Shown one piece after another: positions 34,482-45,055 of a stretch of 64,000 bases of DNA. The notes below the pieces were generated by a model, which worked only from the letters and a program-made list of their open reading frames with translations, was not told where the DNA came from and made no database searches. Origin of the DNA: a virus (lineage: Duplodnaviria; Caudoviricetes); the IMG/VR virus record IMGVR_UViG_3300025030_000042, one strand, 5' to 3'. Position 1 is the first letter of the stretch. The number at the start of each line of letters is the position of its first letter. A program made the position numbers and the translations under genes.

Positions 34482-36338
34482 TTATTGTGGAGACATTGAC
34501 CAGCCACGACATTTGGCTTGTGTTCCTATTGAACCACCACCTGGAACTCTTCGATAATATATTCTTATATTGCTCGTTATCGGAAATTTTCCAATAGATT
34601 CAGAGGCGGTTCCAGAAGCATTACCGGTTGAAAGAATAGTTTGGGTGGTGCTAGCACCACCGGTTTCAAAACCATCAACCCACCAATAAACATCTCCCCA
34701 TCCCACCCCGCCGCTTGCTTGTCCCCAAAGCCACATATCGGCGGATGTTGCAATTGCAGGAACGTATGTAGATAAACTAACTGCTACAGCAGCACCATCC
34801 GACCCGTTGCCGGTAGATGCTAAAACCTCAAACATTGAACCATATTTGAAATCCCCTGGAGATACATTATAAAACTGTATTATATCTCCCGATCCATCGT
34901 TCCGAACTGCCCCAAAACATTTAAATGCCGTAGCATAACTTGGCGGCCCGCCGGAATCCGGATCGTTCGTGTGCCCCACAAGACCTATATTGTTTCCATC
35001 TTGAACACCATAAATATAATACCAAGTCGAATTAGCTTCAGATATTGTATCTAATCCTCCAAGACCACTTACGCTTAGTTTAAACGTTCCGGATGAAAAC
35101 TGTTTTCGAGAACCATTGCTCAAATAAAAATATTCGGTTCTGCCAGACCAAGTTGATATCGTTATCGTATCGGCGTCGGTCCATACAAGTTTTGGTAACA
35201 CAATATCGTCCTCCACTTCGATGAAAGTTTGAGCAGACACACTTTGTTCTATATGTCTGCCAGTGCTCGCAACTACATTCCACAGATTTGAATCTTGCGA
35301 TATATCCGTTTTTACTTGCGAGCGAAGTTGTTGTTCAACATATGATAATGACCTCGCGGTGTCAAGAGAATTTTCAAGTTCTTTCGTTGTTTTTATTTTC
35401 TCTTGTATTTCCGCAAAATTCCAGTTTTTGCCCTCTTCCGAAGATCTTATATTTATATACACTTCTGTCCAATCAATATTTTCTACATCAGATACAGTTA
35501 GATTTTTTCTTTTTGTGATGACCGATTTAGTTTCAAACATACCAGATTCTATTTTTTTTTGGTTTGGATGCGATTTTATATAACTCACATAAAACTGTGA
35601 TAAATATTTTTTTAAAATCTGAATATCAAACTCTTGAGTTTTATAATAATAGATTTCAAATAAATCACTTGCCGTTCCTGGTTCATATTTTATACCATAT
35701 TTCTCGGCATACTTTAACATAGACTTCGAACCAACATTGGCAATAATCTGCCAAGGAATGTGTTTATTGATATAAAACCCAAACTTTTCGGCAGCATTTA
35801 AATAAAATCCATAATTTGAATCATTTATATATTTTTGTAATGTTTTTTCTTTTGTTGTATATGTTTCTTTAGCAATATCAATTACAAGTCCACTTACAAA
35901 TACTGGGCATTTATTTGATTTTACGAATGCCGTTTTCGTTATTGGATGTCTTAAAAAGTCTTTTGAAAATAAAATAAACTCATTGATAAAATCTCTAAAG
36001 TTTAATATTTTTGAAGATCTATTATTAGTATTGATATATGAAACAACGAATGCTTCATATATTTTTGACATATTTTGATGATAGATTTCGTTTAAGTTTT
36101 GCCAGGCGCGATATGGTTTTATTTTATCATATACAGAATCTTTATTTATTCTTCCTTGAACTTTTGCTCTTTCAAAATATTGCTGTAAATCATGAAAAGC
36201 ATCTACAACAAAATCAGCCGCCATAAATGTTCCTTCATCATCAATGGGAGATAGATTTGATTCAGAAAGAAATACATAGTTTCCCTTTCGATCAACTTTT
36301 CCATAGTTTTGCTTATCATACCATAAATCGATCAACAT
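34482..36338 (-). CDS. Putative virion protein; C-terminal ~270 aa resembles a tail-fibre module
   Basis: Last gene of the baseplate operon. C-terminal part is G/S/T/W-rich beta-strand sequence (GLDTISEANSTWYYIYG...GAVRNDGSG). Confidence 0.55.
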   Translation of the reverse strand: MLIDLWYDKQNYGKVDRKGNYVFLSESNLSPIDDEGTFMAADFVVDAFHDLQQYFERAKVQGRINKDSVYDKIKPYRAWQNLNEIYHQNMSKIYEAFVVSYINTNNRSSKILNFRDFINEFILFSKDFLRHPITKTAFVKSNKCPVFVSGLVIDIAKETYTTKEKTLQKYINDSNYGFYLNAAEKFGFYINKHIPWQIIANVGSKSMLKYAEKYGIKYEPGTASDLFEIYYYKTQEFDIQILKKYLSQFYVSYIKSHPNQKKIESGMFETKSVITKRKNLTVSDVENIDWTEVYINIRSSEEGKNWNFAEIQEKIKTTKELENSLDTARSLSYVEQQLRSQVKTDISQDSNLWNVVASTGRHIEQSVSAQTFIEVEDDIVLPKLVWTDADTITISTWSGRTEYFYLSNGSRKQFSSGTFKLSVSGLGGLDTISEANSTWYYIYGVQDGNNIGLVGHTNDPDSGGPPSYATAFKCFGAVRNDGSGDIIQFYNVSPGDFKYGSMFEVLASTGNGSDGAAVAVSLSTYVPAIATSADMWLWGQASGGVGWGDVYWWVDGFETGGASTTQTILSTGNASGTASESIGKFPITSNIRIYYRRVPGGGSIGTQAKCRGWSMSPQ

Positions 36339-36343
36339 TTTTA

Positions 36344-38905
36344 TTAGGGCCTATTTGTAAACAATATTTTCCAGAATCTTCTTGAATGTTCTTTCTTTTC
36401 TTTTTCTTCTATTTTGCTTGAAGCCACAATCTTCTTATTTATTTTATTAAATCGTTCAATATTTTCTTTTGTTCTCTCAACCGGCTTTTTCATTTGTTTT
36501 CCACTTTCTTCGGCATATTGCCAAATCGCGGTAATCGTAGTTTCATAATCGTTAGAACTAAAAGAATGCTCTATTCCAATAACATTATAATAACCGCCCA
36601 AACCAAGTTCTCTCGCCAAAGACCCTTTCGCCAACGGATTATCCAACCCCATCCGCGATGTATCAATATATATTTGTGCGCCTGGATAAAATATATTGTT
36701 TCCGATCATCGTTATTTTGGCATTATAAAGACCTTGTATTCTTTTTGACTCACTTGAAGTTTGTGTTGCTCTCATTGTGTCGACATGTGGTTGTGAAACT
36801 CTTTCAAACTCTATTTTTTTAACGAGGCCGCCATTCGCGCCGGTATACAAATGATAAATGCCTCTTTCAATATCTTCTTTTTCATTTCCTTTCAATCCGT
36901 GATTAGGAGACGAAGAAACATAGATATATAGATAATGAAATAACTGTGGCGTAGGTTTGTGTGTGCTATATGAAAATGGCTCGTTATTTGCCGATGTTCC
37001 TCTTCTATTGATTAAATCATTTATTGTTATTCTTTCTTTTGCGCCGGAAGGAATGGGTTCTATTTCGCCATCTTTTCCCATTCCCGGAACTGTAAAAAAG
37101 TTCATACTTATATCATTTATTTGTTGCCCCAATCCTAAAAAACACAGTTCTCCCAATGCCGGCGTTACAAGAGAAGATAAGATATCTTTTAAAAATGGCG
37201 CCAAATGATATGATGGTCTTTGTGGGGCCACGACCTTTTTTAACCACCAAGTCAAAAATAGATTTAATGAGATTGGAATATCGGCAATATTTAATGTCTT
37301 TGGAGTAGTATCGTTTGGATTTGTTGGATCAATAAATGTAATAGGTCCCAATATTACTCTCAACGACTTCTTATTTAAAACAGATAAAGCAATATCTAAA
37401 AGATCTCCCAAATAAAAAAAATTGATTCTCTTACACTCTTTACATTCTTTGGGTTTATCTGATAAAACAAACTCTTCAAACTCTCCGACCACTTTCTCTA
37501 CTTCTTCTTTGGTTTTTTTTCTTAAAATTGTAGAAGTTTTTTTAAGTTCCAACTCCGAAACATTTATTTTAGCAGTCGCCTCTTGAAACCTTTTAAAAAC
37601 ATTTGTCGGCAATGTTCTCTTGGGATTTATTTTTTGTGTTCTCAAATTTTCTTTTATAAATTTTTCATAAAATATAATATCTTCGTCAGTTAAAGTCCCT
37701 TTTTCTTTTAATTTGTCCAAAACTTCTTTTTGACCTTTATCAAATGCTTTAATTGACGATTCATCAACATCAATAAACCACATTTTTGACGATCCTTGAA
37801 TGGCTTTAATCAATCTGGAATATCTTATTTGTTTATCTAATGATTCCGCAAATAAAGATTCTCGTGAAAGTTGCTGTGCTTTCGTTGGTTTAATACCGAC
37901 GGCAACTTCTGTTTTATTTTCCGGATTTCCACTTGTTAAAACATTATCTATAATCCATTTTTTCGCTTTTAATCTATCTGTTGTTGGTGCTTTTTGTTGT
38001 TTCTCTTCTTTAGATGCTTTTTTTGCCAAATCCTTTGAAACTTGTAAAAATGCTGTTGGAGATAATAGATCCGCTCTCTCATCTGCCATCAATGCTTCTC
38101 CGCGAGCATTATAATCTATACTCACCTCTAATGAACCGTTTTGATCAAAGCGAAGATTTTCGCTATGTAGTGTCATCAATAAAACGGTGCTGGAGCGATC
38201 GATTGCCTTTCTTAAAGACTTATTTATTAAAATCTCATTTGGATCGGAAGGACTTGCCCAGCCAGCGATTATTTTAATCTCAAAATGCTTTGGATTCCAG
38301 ACTCTTGCCCCTTTTATGGTTTTTCCTGTTTTCGGATCCGTCCTATTTGTATCAATATAATCTGCTTCAGGAACCAAAAGATTGTATAATCTTCCGGTAT
38401 TCTCATCTTCCGCTGGCGCCAATATACTTGAAGCATTTTGTAAATAAAATGTTAGATTACATTGAGAATACCCAGCTTGCGTTATATTTTCGCCCCTTAG
38501 CGCATAACTGAAACTTTTTAATCCAACATCATCGCCTCGTCCAAATCTTGTTTTTGTTATATTATCAATCGTTTTTAAGTTCGTATGATCTCGGAATACA
38601 ATCTCTTGATCAATGGGTTTAGATTTTTTATCTGGATTTGAATATTTGACTTTAAATATTTGTATTTTGGGAACAAGCAAAGCAAGTTGTGCTGGAGTTA
38701 TATGAAATAAATCTTCTATTCCTTTCTTTCCAACCAACTCGTGAACAACCAAGGGAGGATTTCCATTCAACATTATAAAATTTTGATATGATTGTTGTTT
38801 TGTTACACTCTCATTGATATTTGAAAGTTTGCGCCAGTTTTCGATCAAAAAACATTGTTCTTGAAAGCGTTCACCTTCTTTTATATCTTTTTCGTTATCT
38901 GCCAT
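36344..38905 (-). CDS. Baseplate hub-like protein (gp27/VgrG/late control D type C-terminus)
   Basis: C-terminal ITMIGN..FYPGAQIYID...GGYYNVIGIEHSF...YETTITA. Located after the LysM gene. Confidence 0.6.
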   Translation of the reverse strand: MADNEKDIKEGERFQEQCFLIENWRKLSNINESVTKQQSYQNFIMLNGNPPLVVHELVGKKGIEDLFHITPAQLALLVPKIQIFKVKYSNPDKKSKPIDQEIVFRDHTNLKTIDNITKTRFGRGDDVGLKSFSYALRGENITQAGYSQCNLTFYLQNASSILAPAEDENTGRLYNLLVPEADYIDTNRTDPKTGKTIKGARVWNPKHFEIKIIAGWASPSDPNEILINKSLRKAIDRSSTVLLMTLHSENLRFDQNGSLEVSIDYNARGEALMADERADLLSPTAFLQVSKDLAKKASKEEKQQKAPTTDRLKAKKWIIDNVLTSGNPENKTEVAVGIKPTKAQQLSRESLFAESLDKQIRYSRLIKAIQGSSKMWFIDVDESSIKAFDKGQKEVLDKLKEKGTLTDEDIIFYEKFIKENLRTQKINPKRTLPTNVFKRFQEATAKINVSELELKKTSTILRKKTKEEVEKVVGEFEEFVLSDKPKECKECKRINFFYLGDLLDIALSVLNKKSLRVILGPITFIDPTNPNDTTPKTLNIADIPISLNLFLTWWLKKVVAPQRPSYHLAPFLKDILSSLVTPALGELCFLGLGQQINDISMNFFTVPGMGKDGEIEPIPSGAKERITINDLINRRGTSANNEPFSYSTHKPTPQLFHYLYIYVSSSPNHGLKGNEKEDIERGIYHLYTGANGGLVKKIEFERVSQPHVDTMRATQTSSESKRIQGLYNAKITMIGNNIFYPGAQIYIDTSRMGLDNPLAKGSLARELGLGGYYNVIGIEHSFSSNDYETTITAIWQYAEESGKQMKKPVERTKENIERFNKINKKIVASSKIEEKEKKEHSRRFWKILFTNRP

Positions 38906-38916
38906 TTTATTTTTGT

Positions 38917-39255
38917 TTAATATCCGAGTATTTGAAGAACTTTATTGAGAGGAAAGGGAATATAAATGACATCTCCAACATTTATATGTGCTTCTGTTGG
39001 TTTTTGATTATAATGAGCAATAACATACCATAAATCAACATCGCCATAATGTTCGTGCGCCAACTTATAAAAACGATCTCCAGTCTTCCATATATGCCCA
39101 ATGATATCAAGATCGGCGATTTCTTCAGTGGTCGGATGTTTTAATACTTGTGTCCGAAACATCCGAATGAAGTTGACACCTCTATCGCGAAAGATCTTCT
39201 TATAGTTTTCGTTATCATTTATAGAAACTACTTGATTATCATATCGTCCTGCCAT
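38917..39255 (-). CDS. LysM-domain baseplate wedge protein (gp53/tail X-like)
   Basis: HIWKTGDRFYKLAHEHYGD..LWYVIA..N...GDVIYIP. Confidence 0.85.
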   Translation of the reverse strand: MAGRYDNQVVSINDNENYKKIFRDRGVNFIRMFRTQVLKHPTTEEIADLDIIGHIWKTGDRFYKLAHEHYGDVDLWYVIAHYNQKPTEAHINVGDVIYIPFPLNKVLQILGY

Positions 39256-39257
39256 TT

Positions 39258-40055
39258 TTATTTAACACCCAATACTTTGTTTGCTTGAGCACTTCTTTGT
39301 GCGTCTGTTCCACCGGTTTTTGAACTATTGTTAACTTCCTTTAACTTTAAATCATCAAAGTCTCGTTCGCCATACGGAAAAAGCGGAGTTCTTTTGTTTT
39401 TTTCTCTATTCCACCCCAAAGGAGTTGTGTGTAATACCGTAAACTCACAAGATAGATTGACCGTTTTTGGATGTAATATTGCCGGTTCTGGATCAAACAT
39501 TCCTGCGTTTAAATCTGGTTCATATGTGAATCCCGCCACTTTTCCAACCAATCCGCTATCCGCTATAGTTCCACCTGCTTTTGCTTCTGATTTTCCTGGA
39601 GAAGAAGGACTTTCTTTGTTTCCTTCACCATAACTTCGTATCAAGTTGGCAAAAGACAACTTCATCAGCGGAGATGCCACGATTGAAGAAGCATTAAACT
39701 TTCCAGAACTTTTATCATAAACCGGATAAAGCATTGATAAAAGAAGAGAAGATCTTTGAAGATTTTCTTTTGCTTCTTGTTCTGATGCCGCAACAACGCT
39801 CCAACCAAGCGAAATCACTCTTCTTGTGTTTATAAAGTTTGAAATCGGATCCGATCTTCCGTACACATCTTCATCTTTCCAGTTGGAAGTATATTGATCG
39901 GAATATCTTGTAATCATTGCTTTAAACTGAACAGAACGACCGGTGGGAATATGAAAAAACTCAATAAAATACTTCTTATTTACATAAGACCATTCCGCAT
40001 CAAAATAACTCGATCCTTCTTCTTTTTTTCCGGGACCTATTTTAAAGTTTGGCAT
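39258..40055 (-). CDS. Baseplate tail-tube initiator-like protein (gp48/gp54-like)
   Basis: WKDEDVYGRSDPI.NF.NTRRVISL, and position between tape measure and LysM genes. Confidence 0.7.
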   Translation of the reverse strand: MPNFKIGPGKKEEGSSYFDAEWSYVNKKYFIEFFHIPTGRSVQFKAMITRYSDQYTSNWKDEDVYGRSDPISNFINTRRVISLGWSVVAASEQEAKENLQRSSLLLSMLYPVYDKSSGKFNASSIVASPLMKLSFANLIRSYGEGNKESPSSPGKSEAKAGGTIADSGLVGKVAGFTYEPDLNAGMFDPEPAILHPKTVNLSCEFTVLHTTPLGWNREKNKRTPLFPYGERDFDDLKLKEVNNSSKTGGTDAQRSAQANKVLGVK

Positions 40056-40058
40056 TCA

Positions 40059-40793
40059 TTAGTAAATAGAAATATCTCCTAAAATACTATCAACCTCTTC
40101 TCTGGTTTCATATTTTAACAGCCTTTTCTTTGCGTCTTGAAACTTTTTCATATTATTCTTATAGTTTGCCATATTTAAAGGGACTTCTATAAATGAATCG
40201 GTCAAATCAAACCTTTTATTTATTACACTTTTGCTGATCTCAAAACAATAGTGTTCTTTACCGTCTGTAAATGATATTCCCGAAGGAGATGAACGAAATA
40301 CATTGATATTTTCTATATCAATATAGTTCATTTTAGACACAATGATTTGAAATCTTGTTGGTCTACGAACAAGCATTATATAATACAATAAATCTGGATT
40401 TAGATCGTATTCTTTTATAGAGAAATCTAATCTTTCATTTCTCAATAAAGAAACAGAACAGGCGACCTCCTTATATTGTTCACCATACAATAACTCTTTA
40501 TATTTATCTCGATCTCTGTTGTGTTCCGAGATTTTTTCATATTCTGATTTACAGTTTTCCTTTTCCATAATCGTTTTCGCGCCGATGCCAATATCATTTT
40601 TTACAAGATCTATGGCAACATCTTTTCCGGAAATATTCAAAGAACAACCAAAACTTTCATAAACAAAGTTTTCCCAATCCTTTGAAGATACATATAGATT
40701 TCCATCTCTACTATTTCCCTTATTTGAAACATTTGCCAATAAACTTAAATCATCTTTGATTTTAAGCAGTTCGACGCCCTCAAAAAATATCAT
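40059..40793 (-). CDS. Putative type II restriction endonuclease-like PD-(D/E)xK nuclease
   Basis: WENF...IDLVKNDIGIGAKT (E...D..G.K), EKISEHN, RNERLDF, SFTDG..Y.F..SKS. Confidence 0.5.
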   Translation of the reverse strand: MIFFEGVELLKIKDDLSLLANVSNKGNSRDGNLYVSSKDWENFVYESFGCSLNISGKDVAIDLVKNDIGIGAKTIMEKENCKSEYEKISEHNRDRDKYKELLYGEQYKEVACSVSLLRNERLDFSIKEYDLNPDLLYYIMLVRRPTRFQIIVSKMNYIDIENINVFRSSPSGISFTDGKEHYCFEISKSVINKRFDLTDSFIEVPLNMANYKNNMKKFQDAKKRLLKYETREEVDSILGDISIY

Positions 40794-40832
40794 TTTCCAC
40801 TCCTATGTTTAGCACTTCAGCACATATATAAA

Positions 40833-40862
40833 GTTATACTTAAGTTATTTGCGGAGTGTCAA
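40833..40862 (-). promoter_or_regulatory. Sigma70-type promoter TTGACA-N18-TATAAC
   Basis: In the gap between the tape measure stop and the nuclease gene. Confidence 0.55.
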
Positions 40863-40864
40863 GA

Positions 40865-43579
40865 TTAAATGGCACGACGAGGAGACATTTTTTTGTTCAT
40901 CACATCAACAATCCGCTTGTCGATTTCTTTGCCGTCCAATTGAAGGATTACGGTAAATCCTCCAGTTCCAGAGGTACCGCCGGCGCCAGAAGATGCCGTA
41001 TTTGTAAGGAAGTTTGTAAAACTATTGGTTACATTGTTGACTTTGGTTTCTTCAACGATTTCTTTATATCTTTGTGCTTGATCAACAAGTTTTCTTGTGT
41101 TTTCAACCGAAACTGGTTCCAAGTCGTTTGATGCTTCGACGACGGACGATAAACTTTGTATTGTTGAGTTAAATGATATTACTTTTTTATCTGGAATACT
41201 GCCCATTGCTTTTGCTATTTTCGTAATCATTTCGGCGACGCCGGAAAGAGCAGAAACCGTTCTTTCACTAAACTTCGAAAGACTCATAAACATTATGGTC
41301 AAGAACATAAGATCTTTTGTTTTTATAAGTGCCAAAGATAACGCCAGCGCTCCCATTCCAACAGCCAAAGCAGTTAACCCTATGGACGCCATAATCGCCC
41401 CAGGAAGCATTAATATCATTGCCAGCGATAAAGCGGTCAGATTTAAAGCAAACGCCCCCAAAGTCTCCTGATGTTGTAATAATAGAGCAAAAAACCCTGT
41501 CAATGATTTAATAACCAATGCTATGCCGGTCATTATAAGAAATATTCCAGCGCCAATCAACCCCACAGCAATACCAAGAGGTATCATTCCTGCCGAGGCG
41601 GCTAATGATGCCGTAGCGAGGAAATAAAGACCAACGCCGATCATCGTCAAAATAGTAACCAACAGAACCCCTTCTCCTAATGATATTCCTTTTAATGATT
41701 TTGCCAATAATGCGATACCTGCCGTTGCCAAAGCAACTCCAGCACCAATCATCATTATTGCCAAACCCAAAGCAAGCATTGGTCCAACCGATGCTTTTGT
41801 TGTGGCGGTTTGTTCTTTTTGAACCTTATTTAATGCTTTATCGGTTGCCATTTCCACATTTCGTGCGGTTATTTTTGCCCATATTTTACTTATAAATCCG
41901 GTCAATATTCCCGCTCCGTTTTTAACGACGCGATTTAAAACAAATAATACACCAGTAACAGATACTACTATTGGAATAAGTTTTCCGCCCCAAGCCTCAT
42001 TCCATTGTAAGATTTTATCAATAAAACCACGAACAACATCAATAACCGGACGCATACTTACGGCAAACATCATCATTGTTTGTCTCAACTTATCTGTTAT
42101 TGATTGTGTTATTTTTGTCATATCCGCCATTTGTTTTTGTGTCAGCGCTTCTTTTTGTGATGCCGCAATATTTTTATCTATATCTCCGGTCAATAACTTT
42201 CGGACTTCTCCTTCGTCTTTTAAAGATGGAATGACATCACGAACCGATTGTAGAAAATAATATCGCTGTGCTTCGGTCATTGTGTCCAATGATTTTCCAG
42301 ACTTTTTAAATGCTTCTCCAAGCATTCTTATTCTGTCGGCTGGATCAACATTTTTAATCATTGTCATTGAATCAAGAAAACCACCACTCAATATTTGATT
42401 TAACTTTCCTACTGCTTCACCAGCGCTCGCAAAGGTATCAAACTGTTTGGTGATTCCTATTAAAGAAGAAACCTGAATACCTGTACTTTTTGCTACTGCC
42501 GAAAGTTCTTTAAACTTTTGTATTGCCGTATCTCCAAAAGCAGTCAATGAAGGTAGAGCATTGCGAAAATCCTCTGCCATTTGTTTCGGAGATAACCCCA
42601 AAGCAACACCGGTGGCAACGATTTCTTTTTGTGCCGTCATCGCTTGATTTACATTGAGTCCAAGCGATTTCGTCATTCCTTGAATATTTTCGGCAGTTGT
42701 TTCACTATCAACTCCAAGTTTTTCCATTGTTGCTGAAAATAATGAAAGTTCTCTTTGAGTTTGCCTGTTCAACAGAGTAAAATCTGTAAAAACGCGTCTT
42801 AAAGATTCAATAGATTTTGCCGCATCTTCCGTGCTGATACCCAAGGTTAAATGATCTTTTCCAAGATCGACAATCATATTGTCATATTCACCAATGGCAC
42901 CAGTAGCACGATTAAATGACGCTAAAGCAAAATCTTGTTCTTTAATCAACATTCCGGTTGCTTCTTCAACTTTTAATAAAGAAGATTTAAATATATTTGT
43001 TAAAGATATAGCTTTTGCTATACCTTTCCCAATACTAGCAATAGCTTTTCCAATATCTTCTGCGGATAAAAGTTGAGATATTAAAGAAGATTTATCCGAA
43101 CTTATCCCCGTCAATATTGTTATAATGCGTTCGGTGGTATTTTCAATATTTTGATATGTTTCTTCTTGTTCTTTTATTGTCTTATTTGTTTCTTCATATG
43201 CTTTCTTTTCTTTATCTAAAATATCTTTCTTTTCTTTCCAATGCTTTTTTGCTTCTTCGTATTGATCTCGTTGTATTTTTTCTTGTTCTTTGAGATTATT
43301 TAAATGTTCTTCAGATACATCATTTAGTTTTTTAGCATCTTCTAATAACTTTTCAGCATTTTTCAGTTTATGCTGTTGATCAATAAGTTCTTCATCAGAA
43401 AGAGTTACTTCTTTTTTAGATATTTCAAGACGCTTTTGTGCCTTTTCTTCAATATCGGTTAAAAGATCGAGTTTTTCTTTTTCAAGTTCAATCTCTTTCT
43501 TTAACTTTTCAATATTTTGTTGTCTTTTGTTAACGATATTCGTTATCGTTTTAAGGAGTTCTTCTTCGGGAGTTGCCAT
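40865..43579 (-). CDS. Tail tape measure protein
   Basis: 904 aa, N-terminal coiled coil, A/G/L-rich hydrophobic repeats, located between tail chaperone and baseplate genes. Confidence 0.85.
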   Translation of the reverse strand: MATPEEELLKTITNIVNKRQQNIEKLKKEIELEKEKLDLLTDIEEKAQKRLEISKKEVTLSDEELIDQQHKLKNAEKLLEDAKKLNDVSEEHLNNLKEQEKIQRDQYEEAKKHWKEKKDILDKEKKAYEETNKTIKEQEETYQNIENTTERIITILTGISSDKSSLISQLLSAEDIGKAIASIGKGIAKAISLTNIFKSSLLKVEEATGMLIKEQDFALASFNRATGAIGEYDNMIVDLGKDHLTLGISTEDAAKSIESLRRVFTDFTLLNRQTQRELSLFSATMEKLGVDSETTAENIQGMTKSLGLNVNQAMTAQKEIVATGVALGLSPKQMAEDFRNALPSLTAFGDTAIQKFKELSAVAKSTGIQVSSLIGITKQFDTFASAGEAVGKLNQILSGGFLDSMTMIKNVDPADRIRMLGEAFKKSGKSLDTMTEAQRYYFLQSVRDVIPSLKDEGEVRKLLTGDIDKNIAASQKEALTQKQMADMTKITQSITDKLRQTMMMFAVSMRPVIDVVRGFIDKILQWNEAWGGKLIPIVVSVTGVLFVLNRVVKNGAGILTGFISKIWAKITARNVEMATDKALNKVQKEQTATTKASVGPMLALGLAIMMIGAGVALATAGIALLAKSLKGISLGEGVLLVTILTMIGVGLYFLATASLAASAGMIPLGIAVGLIGAGIFLIMTGIALVIKSLTGFFALLLQHQETLGAFALNLTALSLAMILMLPGAIMASIGLTALAVGMGALALSLALIKTKDLMFLTIMFMSLSKFSERTVSALSGVAEMITKIAKAMGSIPDKKVISFNSTIQSLSSVVEASNDLEPVSVENTRKLVDQAQRYKEIVEETKVNNVTNSFTNFLTNTASSGAGGTSGTGGFTVILQLDGKEIDKRIVDVMNKKMSPRRAI

Positions 43580-43584
43580 TTAGA

Positions 43585-44079
43585 TTATTTAAAAGGCCAA
43601 ATCAAGTTCGTTGTTCTCTCGAACTTTTTGACCGCTCCATCAAGCATATGCTTTGAACGATATGTCTCTGGATCTTCTAACCCGTATTTCTTATATGCTT
43701 CAATATATCTTTTTTCTTTTTGAAGTGTTCCATAAAAACTTTCAACTTCTCTTTTTGTTCCACGAACGGAAACTGGAATAGTATTCATTCCAAACATTCG
43801 CTCCAATATTGTTTTAACCCAAGCGCCCCACATCGCAAGAAAACTTTCATTTAGTTGACCACGATTTGCTATTCCAAGATCGACCACAATCGGCTGTTGA
43901 TTCATTATTTCCTCGCTTTCTCCAATGGGAGGTGCGCTTTCGGAACGCTCCGGATTTGGATGCTCTGTGTATGGAGGAACATTTGGGTGTCCTCCCTTTG
44001 AGATAAGTTCAACTTTTTTCTTTTTATGACCGGAAATCATTTTCTGTTGAAATGGTTCCGTTTCGTTGAGATTTTTCAT
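43585..44079 (-). CDS. Hypothetical virion-associated protein
   Basis: Likely start MKNLNE at 44079, with GAGGG RBS and CTATTTA (44096-44102). LNE motifs. Confidence 0.65.
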   Translation of the reverse strand: MKNLNETEPFQQKMISGHKKKKVELISKGGHPNVPPYTEHPNPERSESAPPIGESEEIMNQQPIVVDLGIANRGQLNESFLAMWGAWVKTILERMFGMNTIPVSVRGTKREVESFYGTLQKEKRYIEAYKKYGLEDPETYRSKHMLDGAVKKFERTTNLIWPFK

Positions 44080-44195
44080 ATAGAAACCCTCAACATAAAT
44101 AGATATATGATTTGTTTTTAGATAACACTTTGAAATATTTAAACATTTTTTATTTGATTTTAAAATGTATTTACCATAAGGAGATAAAACATAAT

Positions 44196-44825
44196 ATGGG
44201 GTTTTCAAAAGCAAGATATAAAACACACGAAGAGTTTAAAGATATTTGTGTGGGATATCCAGTCGGTTCCAACACTCCGAATATTCGTCCTTGTTCGGAG
44301 ATTAGAAAATTGTGTATTCAAGAAATGAGTGTTTTTTCTCCGTTTAATGTATTAGATGTTGGTGGTAGAAACGGCGTTCATCATAGCGAGCTATTAAATG
44401 AAAATCTCACTTCTAATATCAATAAATATTATGTTCTTGAAACAGACGCATTTGTATCATCTTATCGAACAATATCTAATCCAAATATAAAACTTATTTC
44501 ATCTCTCAATGATTGTGACAATAAAGATAAAATCGATCTTATTTATACAAACGGTGGATTTCAATATATGAAGTGTCCTTTAACCGATTTTGTTGATCGG
44601 TTTAATCCAAAAATGTTCTTATTTGAAAGAACATCGGTTTCAAATGAAGAATCCTTTTATACTGTTCAAGATTTTGGTGGAAACCTGGCGTATCGCGTTT
44701 ATGGCAAAGAAGAGTTGGAAACTTCTTTAAAAGATTATGATTTAATAAAAGAAGATGATTTTGATATGAGATTTGAAAAAGGTTACGGATTTATTCCAAA
44801 ATCAATGCTTTGGAAAAGAAAATAA
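44196..44825 (+). CDS. Class I SAM-dependent methyltransferase (moron on the opposite strand)
   Basis: VLDVGGRNG motif I, YVLET motif II, IYTNGGFQYM motif IV. AAGGAG RBS before ATG 44196. Confidence 0.75.
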   Translation: MGFSKARYKTHEEFKDICVGYPVGSNTPNIRPCSEIRKLCIQEMSVFSPFNVLDVGGRNGVHHSELLNENLTSNINKYYVLETDAFVSSYRTISNPNIKLISSLNDCDNKDKIDLIYTNGGFQYMKCPLTDFVDRFNPKMFLFERTSVSNEESFYTVQDFGGNLAYRVYGKEELETSLKDYDLIKEDDFDMRFEKGYGFIPKSMLWKRK

Positions 44826-44827
44826 TA

Positions 44828-45055
44828 TTATTTGGATTTGCTTCTTGCTTTTTGATTTGCTTTTTCGACCGCTTCTTGTTCTTTCTCAAGTTGCTTGGTC
44901 AAAAGATCAACATAATAGTTACGAAGTTCTATTGGCAAGTTATATGCTTCAATAAATGACCAACCGCCATAATATTTCATCAAATGAAACTGTTCATACA
45001 CCTTTCGTATATAAGAACTACTTAAACCAAAAAAAGCTTGCCCCAAACGGGACAT
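44828..45055 (-). CDS. Tail assembly chaperone C-terminal extension ORF
   Basis: Overlaps the chaperone stop in the +1 frame. FFGL...GGWSFIEAYNLPIELR. Confidence 0.7.
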   Translation of the reverse strand: MSRLGQAFFGLSSSYIRKVYEQFHLMKYYGGWSFIEAYNLPIELRNYYVDLLTKQLEKEQEAVEKANQKARSKSK

